Below the pieces are notes generated by a model, which saw nothing but the letters and a program-made list of their open reading frames with translations, was not told the origin of the DNA and ran no database searches. 64,000 nucleotides of DNA. Source: an uncultured Verrucomicrobiae bacterium. GTDB taxonomy: Bacteria > Verrucomicrobiota > Verrucomicrobiia > Chthoniobacterales > UBA10450. Position numbers and translations under genes: made by a program. The first letter of the stretch is position 1; the number at the start of each line of letters is the position of its first letter. Of the stretch, positions 11,105 through 20,606 are shown piece by piece. The stretch spans positions 704,001-768,000 of the forward strand of contig CAWDGJ010000003.1 of the NCBI GenBank assembly GCA_963801815.1, read 5' to 3'.

Positions 11105-12117
11105 TTAGCCGTCCATGGTCAGGACTACACGGAATCGCGCCTTGCCGCTGTGCATTTGTTCGTAGGCTTCCGCGACTCGATTCAGCGGGATATTTTTCGA
11201 TCATCGGATGGATGTCGTTAAACGCGCTGAATTCCAATGTGTCTTGTGAATCGCGCGCCGTCCCGGAATACCAACCGGATACCGACCGCCTTCCGGCGAT
11301 CATTGACATCATACTAATGCTGAGTGGTTCATTGGGAGCGGCCGGGACTAGCAAGTTACCGTTCGGTGACAAACCATCGACAACTGATGAAATTGCCTTT
11401 GCGCTTGGCGCCGTAGCCAGAATCACTCGTGCGCCGCCAAGCTTCTGTAATTCCTTAACCGGATCGGCAACGTCTGAATCGATGTAGCGATGCGCGCCGA
11501 GTTTTTTCGCGAGCGCCTCTTTGTCTTTGCCACGGCCTAGCGCCAGGGTGTGAAATCCCATTTGTCTCGCGTACTGCACGCCAAGGTGTCCCAGGCCGCC
11601 GATTCCCTGCACACCGACCACGTCGCCCGCGCGTGCTCCCGAATTCCGCAAGGCGTTGAACACCGTGACACCTGCGCACATGAATGGTCCCGCTTCTTCG
11701 GCGGGGAGATCCTCCGGAATCACCGCGAGCGCCTCCGCTGGCGCGATCATGTATTCAGCATAACCGCCATCGAAATCAATGCCGGTAACTTTGCGATTAA
11801 CGCACATGGCGAAATCGCCGCGCCGGCATTGTTCGCAAACGAAATCGTGTCCGCCATGCCAGCCTACGCCGACGCGTTGACCTTTGTTCCAGTTTGTAAC
11901 GCTACTGCCGACTCGCGTCGATTCGTCCCGCGATTTCATGACCGGGAACTCGCGGATATTGCAACCCGGGCCAGAGGCCTTCCTTCACTAACGCGTCGCT
12001 GTGGCAAATGCCGCACGCCTCAACCTTCACGCGGACCTGTCCCGGGCCTGGCTCCGGAACATCGCGCTCGATCAGTTCAAAATCTCCGCCGGGTCTGCTG
12101 ATTTGTGCCGCTTTCAT
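11105..12117 (-). pseudogene. Zn-dependent alcohol dehydrogenase, two frameshifts (~11920 and ~11185)
   Basis: CGICHSD, PGHE, CAGVT, GIGGLG; C-terminus AYEQMHSGKARFRVVLTMDG* is in another frame ending at 11105. Confidence 0.87.
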
Positions 12118-12155
12118 TTATTAGACGCAGCATCTCCGCTGCGATTTTAGCGGAA

Positions 12156-12692
12156 TCAGTTTCGTCGGCGGGTCGCTTCGAACAAAAACCAAGTCCGCCG
12201 TTCGGTCTCGTCGATCCAGACTTCGATCAAGCTTGCGGTCGCGACGTCGCGATGTTTGTCGCAAACATTGTGGGCCTGGCGGAGTCGCGCGGCCATCGTC
12301 TTGTTGTCGTCGGCCAACTCGGCCAGCATGTCGAGCGGCTCGACATATTCGGCGTCATTGTCGAGAACGCGCTGGGTGCGCGCGATCTGCCCGATCGATC
12401 TCAGAGTTAGTCCACCAATCTTGCGGACCCGCTCTGCGACCGGGTCGGTCATGGCGAAAAGTTGATCGGCGTGTTCGTCGAGAAGCAGATGGTAGTCGCG
12501 AAAATGCGGGCCGCTCATATGCCAGTGGAAGTTCTTCGTCTTCACATAAAGCGCGAATACGTCAGCGAGAATCAGGTTCAGGGCCGCCGAGACATCTCGC
12601 GTCGCAGCGGATTTGAGGTCGGTGCGTGTTTCCAATGGAGCGTCGCGCCTGCGAAGAAGTTCAGATTTCTTAGTTGAGTTGGTTTTATTCAT
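12156..12692 (-). CDS. dps: Dps DNA starvation/stationary phase protection protein
   Basis: KTKNFHWHMSGPHFRDYHLLLDE, DPVAERVRKIGG. Confidence 0.93.
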   Translation of the reverse strand: MNKTNSTKKSELLRRRDAPLETRTDLKSAATRDVSAALNLILADVFALYVKTKNFHWHMSGPHFRDYHLLLDEHADQLFAMTDPVAERVRKIGGLTLRSIGQIARTQRVLDNDAEYVEPLDMLAELADDNKTMAARLRQAHNVCDKHRDVATASLIEVWIDETERRTWFLFEATRRRN

Positions 12693-12747
12693 AAGGTGCT
12701 CTCTTCATTATAGTTCGCAGCCAACTTCATCCACGGTCTTGGGGATT

Positions 12748-13173
12748 TCAATCCGGCTGGTTGCGATCGTAGGGGATAATATCGTCCCATTCGGCAGCTG
12801 AAGAGCGGGCGACAAACGCGACGACGGGCTGGGTCTTACTCATGTTGAAGACTTCGTGCGGCACCCCCGGCTTGATGTAAATGAAATCGCCGGCTTCGTT
12901 CTCAATCGACTGCTTCAGGCCGGTCCCAAATTCGTGGCGAACTTTGCCTTCGATGATGTAAAGGATCACTTCGAAATCGACGTGGATGTGTGCGTAGGCC
13001 ACGCCGCCCGGCGGGATGGTCGCGATGTTGGCCGACAATTTTTTCGTGCCGACGTTTTTCGACGACATGCCTTGCTTGTAATGAATGCCGTTCCAATCCC
13101 GGCGCGCGCCGCCGCCGCGGATCGTCAGGATTCCGTTATGATCTTCAACTGCACTGAGTTCGATATCGCTCAT
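12748..13173 (-). CDS. Cupin domain protein
   Basis: AHIHVDFE...GDFIYIKPGVPH cupin motifs. Confidence 0.88.
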   Translation of the reverse strand: MSDIELSAVEDHNGILTIRGGGARRDWNGIHYKQGMSSKNVGTKKLSANIATIPPGGVAYAHIHVDFEVILYIIEGKVRHEFGTGLKQSIENEAGDFIYIKPGVPHEVFNMSKTQPVVAFVARSSAAEWDDIIPYDRNQPD

Positions 13174-13255
13174 AAGAATATTGAGGAGTTAAGGTCCGAG
13201 CCGGACTGGCATTATTGAGAAGTTGAGTCGTTGAGGGCGTTAAACTGCTAAATCG

Positions 13256-14362
13256 TTAGGCCGTTACTACGGCTTTTCGTTTTGCAAAAATTCTGTTCAC
13301 AAAGCTGTTCGTTCCTTTCTCTAAAAACATTCCCCAGGCGCTCAGAATTGCCAGGGTGATTAAAAAAATCAAAAGGAAGGTCACGGCCGGTTGGGGGCGA
13401 ATGTGAAGGCCGAGCCAGATGACGTAAGGTTGATGAATGAGGTAAAGACCATACGAGTAGACGCCGACCAGACTGAAAATTTTCTCGAACCTCGTCGTGC
13501 GCGAAATGATTCCGGCCAGTCCAATGATTGCCAAAAAGCAACAAGTGCCGGTGCCGAAGTCGCAAAAGACATAAGCGATGCCGTTGTCGTAGAGCTTCAA
13601 CGCCAATGGATACAAAATCACGCCGGCAGCGAGTCCCGCGCCCCGCAAAAGAAACCATTCCGCGCGCTCAGTCGATTTCGAGTGCCACATTCCCAGCGCC
13701 ATCCCCAACGCAAATTCGGGCAGCCGGCAGATGGCCAATCCGCCGAGCACCCACAAACCATTTTGCGGCCAAACGACGAGCATCAGGTAGCGAACAAAAA
13801 ATCCGAGCGCACAGGCCGCGATCAAAAAAGTCCACCCGCCAAGTTTTCGTGCAGCCCAGAAGAGCAGGGGAAAGATCAAATAGAATTGGATGAGCATCGA
13901 AAAATACCACCAGGCAGCGTTGAGATACATGAAGTTCATCTCGATGTTGATGAAGCGGAGCCCGAGCAGGCTGAGAACGAGCCGGTGGTCAACGGGTTCG
14001 AGTTTCGCGACAAACGGCGAAACGAAATAAACGATGTGGGCGACCCAGTACATCGGATAAAGCCGGAGAAATCGGGCGCGATACCAACCGCTCCAGCGTA
14101 GCTCGCCGAGCTGCACGTGACGCATGGTCGATTCCATCAAGGTCCAGCCGCTGAGAATAATGAATGCACCGACTGCGTGAAAACCGAGCCCGGAGATTTC
14201 CCACCAGGCGTCGCGAAGGAATGAGGTCGTTGCCGTGACGATGCTGCTCCAATCCGCCGCCGGAGGTTCGTAATATTCGAAGACGGTGCGGAAAAAATGA
14301 AAATAGACGACGAAGGAAATTGCCAGGCCTTTGGCAATGTCGATCCAGAGCAGCCGTTTCAT
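13256..14362 (-). CDS. Acyltransferase family 3 (OafA-like membrane O-acyltransferase)
   Basis: WIDIAKGLAI..H, FIILSGW, RFLRLYP, WYFSMLIQFYLIFP, SYGLYLIH. Confidence 0.88.
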   Translation of the reverse strand: MKRLLWIDIAKGLAISFVVYFHFFRTVFEYYEPPAADWSSIVTATTSFLRDAWWEISGLGFHAVGAFIILSGWTLMESTMRHVQLGELRWSGWYRARFLRLYPMYWVAHIVYFVSPFVAKLEPVDHRLVLSLLGLRFINIEMNFMYLNAAWWYFSMLIQFYLIFPLLFWAARKLGGWTFLIAACALGFFVRYLMLVVWPQNGLWVLGGLAICRLPEFALGMALGMWHSKSTERAEWFLLRGAGLAAGVILYPLALKLYDNGIAYVFCDFGTGTCCFLAIIGLAGIISRTTRFEKIFSLVGVYSYGLYLIHQPYVIWLGLHIRPQPAVTFLLIFLITLAILSAWGMFLEKGTNSFVNRIFAKRKAVVTA

Positions 14363-14470
14363 TTATTGCTGGAAAGCAAAGCAGGAATTCGAGAAGGAAG
14401 ATAGAACTTAACCGCGCCTGCCGGACCTCAGTTGCGCGGCGCGGGTAAGTTTGTGTAGGCTCGTCACGAA

Positions 14471-15610
14471 ATGAAGACTCATAGTTCGTCGAAACCGACA
14501 GGCGGTTTTGCAGCGTTTTGTCGTGCTGAATATCCGCTTTTCATCGGACTGACGATTGCTGGGATTTTCCTGGGGCTGGGGAATCAGGTTTTGGAGAACG
14601 TGGAGCACCCGGCGGCGCTCACGTTGGTTTTGGTAGTCTTGCTCGGCGCTGTTCTCTGGCTGGCGATCTCAGCGGTGCATCATGCGGATTGCCTAGCGGT
14701 GAGATGTGGCGAGCCGTATGGCACGCTAATTCTGACCATCTCGGTGATCACCATCGAAGTCATGATGATCTCGGCCGCGATGCTTCACGGCGCAAACAAT
14801 CCCACTCTGGCCCGCGATACAATTTTCGCAGTCGTGATGATCTCGTTGAATGGGCTGGTGGGATTTTCGTTACTTCTCGGTGGATTGCGTCATCGCGAAC
14901 AGATTTACAATCTGCAGGGGGCCGGCGCCTACTTGAATACGATCATGGCGCTGGTGGTGCTTGGACTGGTACTTCCCAACTTCACTACGTCACTTTCCGC
15001 GCCGCGCTTTACCAAGGTCCAGGAGATATTTCTAATCGCTGTGACGGTCCTGCTCTACGCCATCTTTCTTTTCATTCAAACGCGGCGACATCGTGGATAT
15101 TTCAAAGACGCCAACGACGAACCAGGATCTGATGACCACCATTCACCAAAGAATTTGCGCTCTGGCGGTTTTCACGCGGCCATGCTGGTGCTCTATCTCG
15201 TTGTTGTTATCGTGCTGGCGGAAAAGTTTGCCATTCCTCTCGACAATTGCATTGAACGCTTTGGTATTCCGCAGGCGTTCGGCGGGGCAATTATTGCGGC
15301 ACTGGTTTTCACGCCGGAGGCCCTGGCGGCGATTAGGGCGGCAACGCAAAATCGTTTGCAACGCTCGGTGAACGTCCTCCACGGTTCGGTCCTCGCGTCC
15401 ATTGGCCTGACGATTCCGTCAGTGTTGATTATCGGCCTGATAACGAATCGACCGATCGTACTCGGGGTCCAGGGCGGAAATCTCCCATTGCTTGTTCTTA
15501 CCCTGGCCACGAGCATCGTTACATTTGGAAGCGGCAAGACGAATATTCTTCAAGGGTGCGTTCATCTCGTATTGTTCGCCGTTTTCCTAATGCTGATTTT
15601 CTATCCCTGA
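14471..15610 (+). CDS. chaA: Ca2+/H+ antiporter (ChaA-like, CaCA family)
   Basis: GEPYGTLILTISVITIEV, PTLARDT, GSVLASIGLTIP. Confidence 0.85.
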   Translation: MKTHSSSKPTGGFAAFCRAEYPLFIGLTIAGIFLGLGNQVLENVEHPAALTLVLVVLLGAVLWLAISAVHHADCLAVRCGEPYGTLILTISVITIEVMMISAAMLHGANNPTLARDTIFAVVMISLNGLVGFSLLLGGLRHREQIYNLQGAGAYLNTIMALVVLGLVLPNFTTSLSAPRFTKVQEIFLIAVTVLLYAIFLFIQTRRHRGYFKDANDEPGSDDHHSPKNLRSGGFHAAMLVLYLVVVIVLAEKFAIPLDNCIERFGIPQAFGGAIIAALVFTPEALAAIRAATQNRLQRSVNVLHGSVLASIGLTIPSVLIIGLITNRPIVLGVQGGNLPLLVLTLATSIVTFGSGKTNILQGCVHLVLFAVFLMLIFYP

Positions 15611-16519
15611 CGCGACGCGTCGCTTTTCCAGGACGACCAGGAGGATTCCGCCCAACACCGCGACGGACGCGATGACGTATTGCAAGGTGATTGGTTCGCG
15701 AAGCAAAAGAATCCCACCGGTAGCGGCGAGCACCGGCACGCTCAGTTGAACTGTGGCCGCGCTGACTGCTTTTAGGCCGGGCAAGGCAGAATACCAGATT
15801 ACGTAACCGAGCCCGGAGGTGATCGCGCCCGAAATCACGGCGTAAGTCGCGCCTAACGAATCGAAACGCATTTGTTGCAACGCGGTGATGCTGATTAAGG
15901 CTGCTAATGGAACTGCGCGCACGAAGTTTCCAGTTGTCGACCCAATCGCTTCAGCCGCGGCTTTGCCGCGCAAGGAATAAATCCCCCAAGCTACTCCGGC
16001 CGCCAGCATGAGAATCGAGGCGATTAATGGGGGCGCGGAAATTCCGGGAAAGACAAGCACCACCAACCCACTCACCGCAACGATCAGACCGGTGATTTGA
16101 ATCGGATCCAGTCGTTCGCCCTTGCGAAATCCCCAGAGAATCATCGTTCCCTGGACTGCGCCAAAGAGAAGCAACGCGCCGGTTCCAGCGGAGAGGTGGA
16201 CGTAGGCAAATGAGAATCCAGCGGCGTAGATGACGAGAGCGATGGCGGAAGGCCAATCGCCACTGACGAGTGACCAGTGACGGGCGATGGACGAAGTTGA
16301 TAGTTGATTGAACGGCTCTGCCTTTAGTTGAGAGTTTTGTGAGACCGTCTTTCGAGCTCGAAGAATTAACCAAAGCATTGCTGCGCCGGAAAAAATACGA
16401 ATGAATGTGAAACTCGCGGGATCGATCGTGGTTTGCTTGAGGGCGGCGCGACAAAGCAGCGAGTTGCTGGCGAACGCGACCATCGCGAGCAGAGTGAGAA
16501 CGAAAACGCGCGCCTTCAT
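15587..16519 (-). CDS. DMT/EamA family transporter with a ~30-aa repeat-derived insert
   Basis: AFASNSLLCRAAL, GTGALLLFGAVQ, VQLSVPV; about 10 TMs. Confidence 0.88.
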   Translation of the reverse strand: MKARVFVLTLLAMVAFASNSLLCRAALKQTTIDPASFTFIRIFSGAAMLWLILRARKTVSQNSQLKAEPFNQLSTSSIARHWSLVSGDWPSAIALVIYAAGFSFAYVHLSAGTGALLLFGAVQGTMILWGFRKGERLDPIQITGLIVAVSGLVVLVFPGISAPPLIASILMLAAGVAWGIYSLRGKAAAEAIGSTTGNFVRAVPLAALISITALQQMRFDSLGATYAVISGAITSGLGYVIWYSALPGLKAVSAATVQLSVPVLAATGGILLLREPITLQYVIASVAVLGGILLVVLEKRRVASGIENQH

Positions 16520-16549
16520 GAGTCAGAGGCCAGACGTCAGGGTTCGCAA

Positions 16550-16873
16550 TCAATAATCAATTGGCTCGAAACCGGCAAACATCTCCTCCGCCTCGGCGAG
16601 TGATTTGAGGGGAACACAATCGCAGGCCGCAAAAAACTTATTCCACATGGCAAGAACGTTTGGATTCTTGTGCGCAGCGTCGATCGCTTCCTGCGATTTC
16701 CATTCGGACACTTCGATGATCGTGCCGTCACGCGCCCGCATAATTGTGGGCGCACGTTCGGTTGCGAGACCTTCCTTGCGCAGGGTCGGAACGCGATTGA
16801 GGACGAGCTCCAGCAATTCCTTCTCTTTACCCTGCTTCGGACGATATCCGACGATTACAATGATGCCGGGCAT
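16550..16873 (-). CDS. Hypothetical protein (ABM/dimeric alpha-beta barrel-like)
   Basis: VIVGYRPKQGKE..EVSEWKSQEAIDAAH pattern; co-directional with neighbours. Confidence 0.65.
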   Translation of the reverse strand: MPGIIVIVGYRPKQGKEKELLELVLNRVPTLRKEGLATERAPTIMRARDGTIIEVSEWKSQEAIDAAHKNPNVLAMWNKFFAACDCVPLKSLAEAEEMFAGFEPIDY

Positions 16874-16880
16874 AAGAGCA

Positions 16881-17621
16881 CTACTTCGCTGGCGAGATCA
16901 AATAGATGATGTGAACGCTTTGGGTCACTTTTATTGGCGCCACCTGATATTGGGGTGCTGATTCTGCCAGGGTGGCCCCAGCAGAGCGCACACCAAGCCT
17001 GGTTATGTTCTCCTCGCTGAACATTCGATTTTCTATTTCAAGAAATCCAACAGGCGAAACCGCGAACACTGAGTCGATTTTCATGCCCATTGGCTTCAGC
17101 GTCTTGTCAGCGCGTTCTCGAGCGTTCGTCAATGCCTTCTCCCAAATTTCGTTTTCGACCTCTTTCTGCTTTTGGAGCCCGCCTTCGATTCCAGAAAATT
17201 CCGTTCCGCCGAGATTCACCAGGTCGTCGACTAGCTTGGCGTAGCCAGTTACGGCTCGAACCTTAACTTCGAATGGGCGTGTCACTATGTACCCAATTAG
17301 TTTGCCGTGACTACGAGAGTAGTTTTCCTGCTGTTCGAATTCCGGTTCTGATCTCAGATCTTCTGCAATAATGTCGATATCAGCGATCTTGGCATTCTTT
17401 AGTAAATCAAAAATCTTGTTCGCTTTAGTTTGAACGTCCTGGTTCGCCTTTGACTGATCCGGTGCACGTCCGACGACGTCGAAGCGGAGGGTCACCATGT
17501 CGGCAGCCTTTTGAATCTCGGCCGTACCTTCGACGTAAATGTAAGGTTTGTCGGGCAGGCCGCCTTCGGCGAAGAGCGAGATCGGAAGAATCAGCAGGGA
17601 GAAGAAAAGAAGACGTTTCAT
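16881..17621 (-). CDS. SIMPL (DUF541) domain periplasmic protein
   Basis: Signal peptide; IYVEGTAEIQKAADMVTL; ALTNARERA; IKVTQSVHIIY. Confidence 0.85.
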   Translation of the reverse strand: MKRLLFFSLLILPISLFAEGGLPDKPYIYVEGTAEIQKAADMVTLRFDVVGRAPDQSKANQDVQTKANKIFDLLKNAKIADIDIIAEDLRSEPEFEQQENYSRSHGKLIGYIVTRPFEVKVRAVTGYAKLVDDLVNLGGTEFSGIEGGLQKQKEVENEIWEKALTNARERADKTLKPMGMKIDSVFAVSPVGFLEIENRMFSEENITRLGVRSAGATLAESAPQYQVAPIKVTQSVHIIYLISPAK

Positions 17622-17737
17622 AACATCGTCAGGCTACTCAAAACGAGTCGGTGAGGGAATTCAGAAAACACCGAACTCCGTCACCACGTGAGATTCTTGT
17701 GGTCACGGCCCCAAGGGCCGTGGACGTCCCACAATTT

Positions 17738-17826
17738 GGTGGATCGGCCGCTCCGCGGGCGATGATAATTCTGACTCGGCTTCGCCGACATTATTTTAAC
17801 ATCGAGCGCGGAGCGCTCGATCCACC
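17738..17826. repeat. REPIN-like inverted REP doublet (GTGG-type, family A) just downstream of RAYT
   Basis: GGTGGATCGGCCGCTCCGCGGGCGATG ... CATCGAGCGCGGAGCGCTCGATCCACC; each arm is GTGG plus a hairpin. Confidence 0.85.
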
Positions 17827-17834
17827 TACGCGAG

Positions 17835-18287
17835 TCATTCAAGCACCCACGGCCAGTCCTCAATCTTAGTGCATAGACCTGCAGCAAACGGATTAGCACG
17901 AATATAGTCGATTTTCATCGATAACTGCTCTCCCCGTTCGTCATCGCGCAAGCGATGATCGAAATATCCTTCCTGCCATTGCACTCCGTTTTTATGTGCG
18001 TGAAAATGCTTCCAATCGCCGATCACGCGGCTCAGGTCTCGATCCTTGCTGAATGACAAGAGCGCGTGGAGGTGATCTGGCATTAAAAGGAATAGCGTGA
18101 TAAACCACCGCTCCTTCTGATGGTAAAATATCGCTGATTCGAGAATCGATCTTCCGAGCGTCGGTTCAGTTAGCGGTTCTTGGTCAAGGATTCGATCAAG
18201 CGCGATCCGAATGTGAAACAATGCCCCATCTTCTACCCAGCTGGGCACTTCATGATATAGCTTGGAGGGAAACCCGCGATACAGCAC
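17835..18287 (-). mobile_element. REP-associated tyrosine transposase (RAYT; Y1 HUH, IS200/IS605 superfamily)
   Basis: HUH motif MPDHLHALL, WQEGYFDHRLRD, catalytic Tyr in DYIRANP, terminal WPW; REP palindromes adjacent. Confidence 0.88.
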
Positions 18288-18395
18288 GGTGACTCAGTCT
18301 GAACTGGCAATTTCCCGGCGGCAAGGTGGATCGCCGACGGAGCGACGAGATCAAGGCGATTTTACGGGAGCGTTGGCGGTGATAGGTTGCAGTCA

Positions 18396-19112
18396 ATGAA
18401 ACTTCCAACGATCGAGGAATTGAAACGGGTTCAATCGCCGGCGGTCACGCCCCAGGCGTTGGCGTGGGACGGGCAACAATTTTGGCTGAGCTCAACAGAT
18501 CTCGGCACGCTTTATAGAGTCGATAGCGAGAACTGCAAGGTGGCGAGCGAAGTCGATCCGCCGGGGGTGGTTTGGGCGGCCGTGGCCACAAATGGAGCGG
18601 TGCATGTCACAATCGGCAAAGGAACAAATGACGATCGCTTCGTTTATCGTTACGACTCAAAAGACGGATTCACGAAACTCTTTGCCTGTCCGGATTTCGC
18701 CGGATCGTATCTGAGTTACGACGGGGAGAATCTTTACCTGAGTCAATGGTATGAACAGCGGATCCTAAAGTTAGATAAGAAGGGTAACATCATTCACAAG
18801 ATTGATGTTGGCGGGGAAATTTGCGGGCATGTATTTGCGAACGGCGCGCTCTTTGTCCTGCGCGGCACCGAGAATGTCCCGAGGCCGCAATACGCAGGAG
18901 GACCACCGACACCAGAGCGATTCAAGACAGGAGCGAAGGAGGGGGAAGAACAATGGTGGATTTCGCGACTCGATCTCCGGGAAAAAACTCCGGAGGTTAA
19001 AGACCTGGCAAAGATTACTTTTGCAGCGCGGTCGCTGACCTTCGATGGAAAAGATTTCTGGTCGAATCATCGCGTGGCGAATGAGATAGTTTCATTCTCG
19101 CTTCCGAACTGA
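18396..19112 (+). CDS. Hypothetical beta-propeller-like protein
   Basis: Repeated ALAWDGQQFW / YLSYDGENLY / SLTFDGKDFW blade-like motifs. Confidence 0.7.
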   Translation: MKLPTIEELKRVQSPAVTPQALAWDGQQFWLSSTDLGTLYRVDSENCKVASEVDPPGVVWAAVATNGAVHVTIGKGTNDDRFVYRYDSKDGFTKLFACPDFAGSYLSYDGENLYLSQWYEQRILKLDKKGNIIHKIDVGGEICGHVFANGALFVLRGTENVPRPQYAGGPPTPERFKTGAKEGEEQWWISRLDLREKTPEVKDLAKITFAARSLTFDGKDFWSNHRVANEIVSFSLPN

Positions 19113-19127
19113 TCCAGCGCTGCGCAA

Positions 19128-19634
19128 TTGAGACCAGTCTGCGTGCGCGTGAACGACAAGATGCAGGAGGGCTACGTCTATTGGCGGACGAAACCAATGG
19201 GACGGCAATTTCGACCAGGCTTCACCCCGGAGTTGACGCCCAAGCAAATGCTCAAGCTCGGTGTATTCGGGGGCAAGTATATGACCGATTGTCACCGCGA
19301 ATTTCCGGCCAGCTGGTTCAAGAAGGCGAAGCTTTCAAAAGATCGACACCGCCCATCGCTGAATTATTTCGGTGTGAACGCCTCGCAGTCGCTCTCGGAA
19401 TGGCGAAGGAAGGGTTGGATTTATCGCGAAGATCCGCGGGGCTGGTTCCAATGGTATTGCCGCTATTATTCCGGCCGTCGCTGTGAGGATGATCTCCGGC
19501 AAATCAAACGCTGGCGGGCGGTGCGTCGTCACCTCGCGCAGTTGAAGAAACATTGCGCGCGCCGCGACTTAAATTGTCGTCGTCGACAGCGACAGGCATT
19601 ACTTCACTGGGCCTACGATTCTAGAAAGATCTAG
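19128..19634 (+). CDS. Conserved basic hypothetical protein (start uncertain; 19161 possible)
   Basis: TPKQMLKLGVFGGKY, DPRGWFQWYCRYY, RQIKRW, RQALLHWAYD motifs. Confidence 0.75.
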   Translation: MRPVCVRVNDKMQEGYVYWRTKPMGRQFRPGFTPELTPKQMLKLGVFGGKYMTDCHREFPASWFKKAKLSKDRHRPSLNYFGVNASQSLSEWRRKGWIYREDPRGWFQWYCRYYSGRRCEDDLRQIKRWRAVRRHLAQLKKHCARRDLNCRRRQRQALLHWAYDSRKI

Positions 19635-19636
19635 CG

Positions 19637-20011
19637 TCAGGGGCGCAAAATGCCGGAAAAGCGCTCGCGATATTGCCAAAACAGAAATGCCCACAGCACA
19701 GTGGCGATGATTCCTGGTCCGATACCGGACGAATCCATCAGAATATGAAACGCCAAGATGTTGAAGATAATTGCGGCGAGAATGGTTAACGCCAGCGGGA
19801 CGAAACGGCCGATCAGCAAAAGCACTCCGCTCAGCAGTTGCATTGCCCCGACAGCGTACATCAGGCCGCTGGCGGCGAATACCTTGCTATAATCGCCGGC
19901 CAGACCGGGTGGCGGCGGTGGCATGGGTAGAAAATGAAAAAAGAAATTGGCGCCGAAGAACGTGAACGCCAGTCCGAGAATTACGCGAACAATGATGGTG
20001 AGAATTTTCAT
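19637..20011 (-). CDS. DoxX-like membrane protein
   Basis: RVILGLAFTFFGANFF..QLLSGVLLLIGRFVPLAL..NILAFH. Confidence 0.8.
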   Translation of the reverse strand: MKILTIIVRVILGLAFTFFGANFFFHFLPMPPPPPGLAGDYSKVFAASGLMYAVGAMQLLSGVLLLIGRFVPLALTILAAIIFNILAFHILMDSSGIGPGIIATVLWAFLFWQYRERFSGILRP

Positions 20012-20117
20012 GGTCGGTCCGACATCGTCTCAGTCGAATGCGAAGACAACAAGCTTTTAGGACCTGGCGTCGCGATCTGCTGGCATTTGTTGGGCAACTG
20101 CGATTTAATTCGAACAG

Positions 20118-20576
20118 GTGAAGCAGAAATTACAGGCGACACTCGTAACGATCTCGATCTTGTTCGTAGGCGCCGGGATGATTGCAGCGGAAACAAACCA
20201 GCCCGGGCCGTTCGAGCGATTCTTGCGTTCCTTGCGACGCACGTTTAACCAGCCGCAACAGACTTCGCATCCGCATTCACACGCGAACAAACAAGGATCG
20301 AAAAGTGCGACGGCTACCCAGAGTCCAACTCCGACTTCAACGTCACTGGAGAATTCGGGTGCGACCGCGCCGCCTAACGAACGCAATACCCGCATCGCAA
20401 CAAAAGCGAGCTCGAAGAAAGGTGACGACTTTCGATACGGAATACCTGTTCCTGGAAAAAAAGGGTTTGTGACCAGTCCATACGCACCGGACAGCGGTTA
20501 CATCGACGTTCGCGGTTTTCAGCCGGGCACACCGGTGAAAGATCCTTACAGCGGCAAGATCATTCTAACGCCTTAA
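20118..20576 (+). CDS. Secreted hypothetical protein with short C-terminal module
   Basis: Signal peptide, S/T/P-rich linker, GIPVPGKKGFVTSPY..DVRGF..DPYSGKI. Confidence 0.7.
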   Translation: MKQKLQATLVTISILFVGAGMIAAETNQPGPFERFLRSLRRTFNQPQQTSHPHSHANKQGSKSATATQSPTPTSTSLENSGATAPPNERNTRIATKASSKKGDDFRYGIPVPGKKGFVTSPYAPDSGYIDVRGFQPGTPVKDPYSGKIILTP

Positions 20577-20606
20577 AAGAACGAGTGAGGAAGCGAAGAG
20601 TAAATC

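Noticed and set aside
17835..18287. Autonomous IS200/IS605 element with tnpB
   Set aside because: No tnpB; the motifs and flanking REP doublets fit RAYT better.
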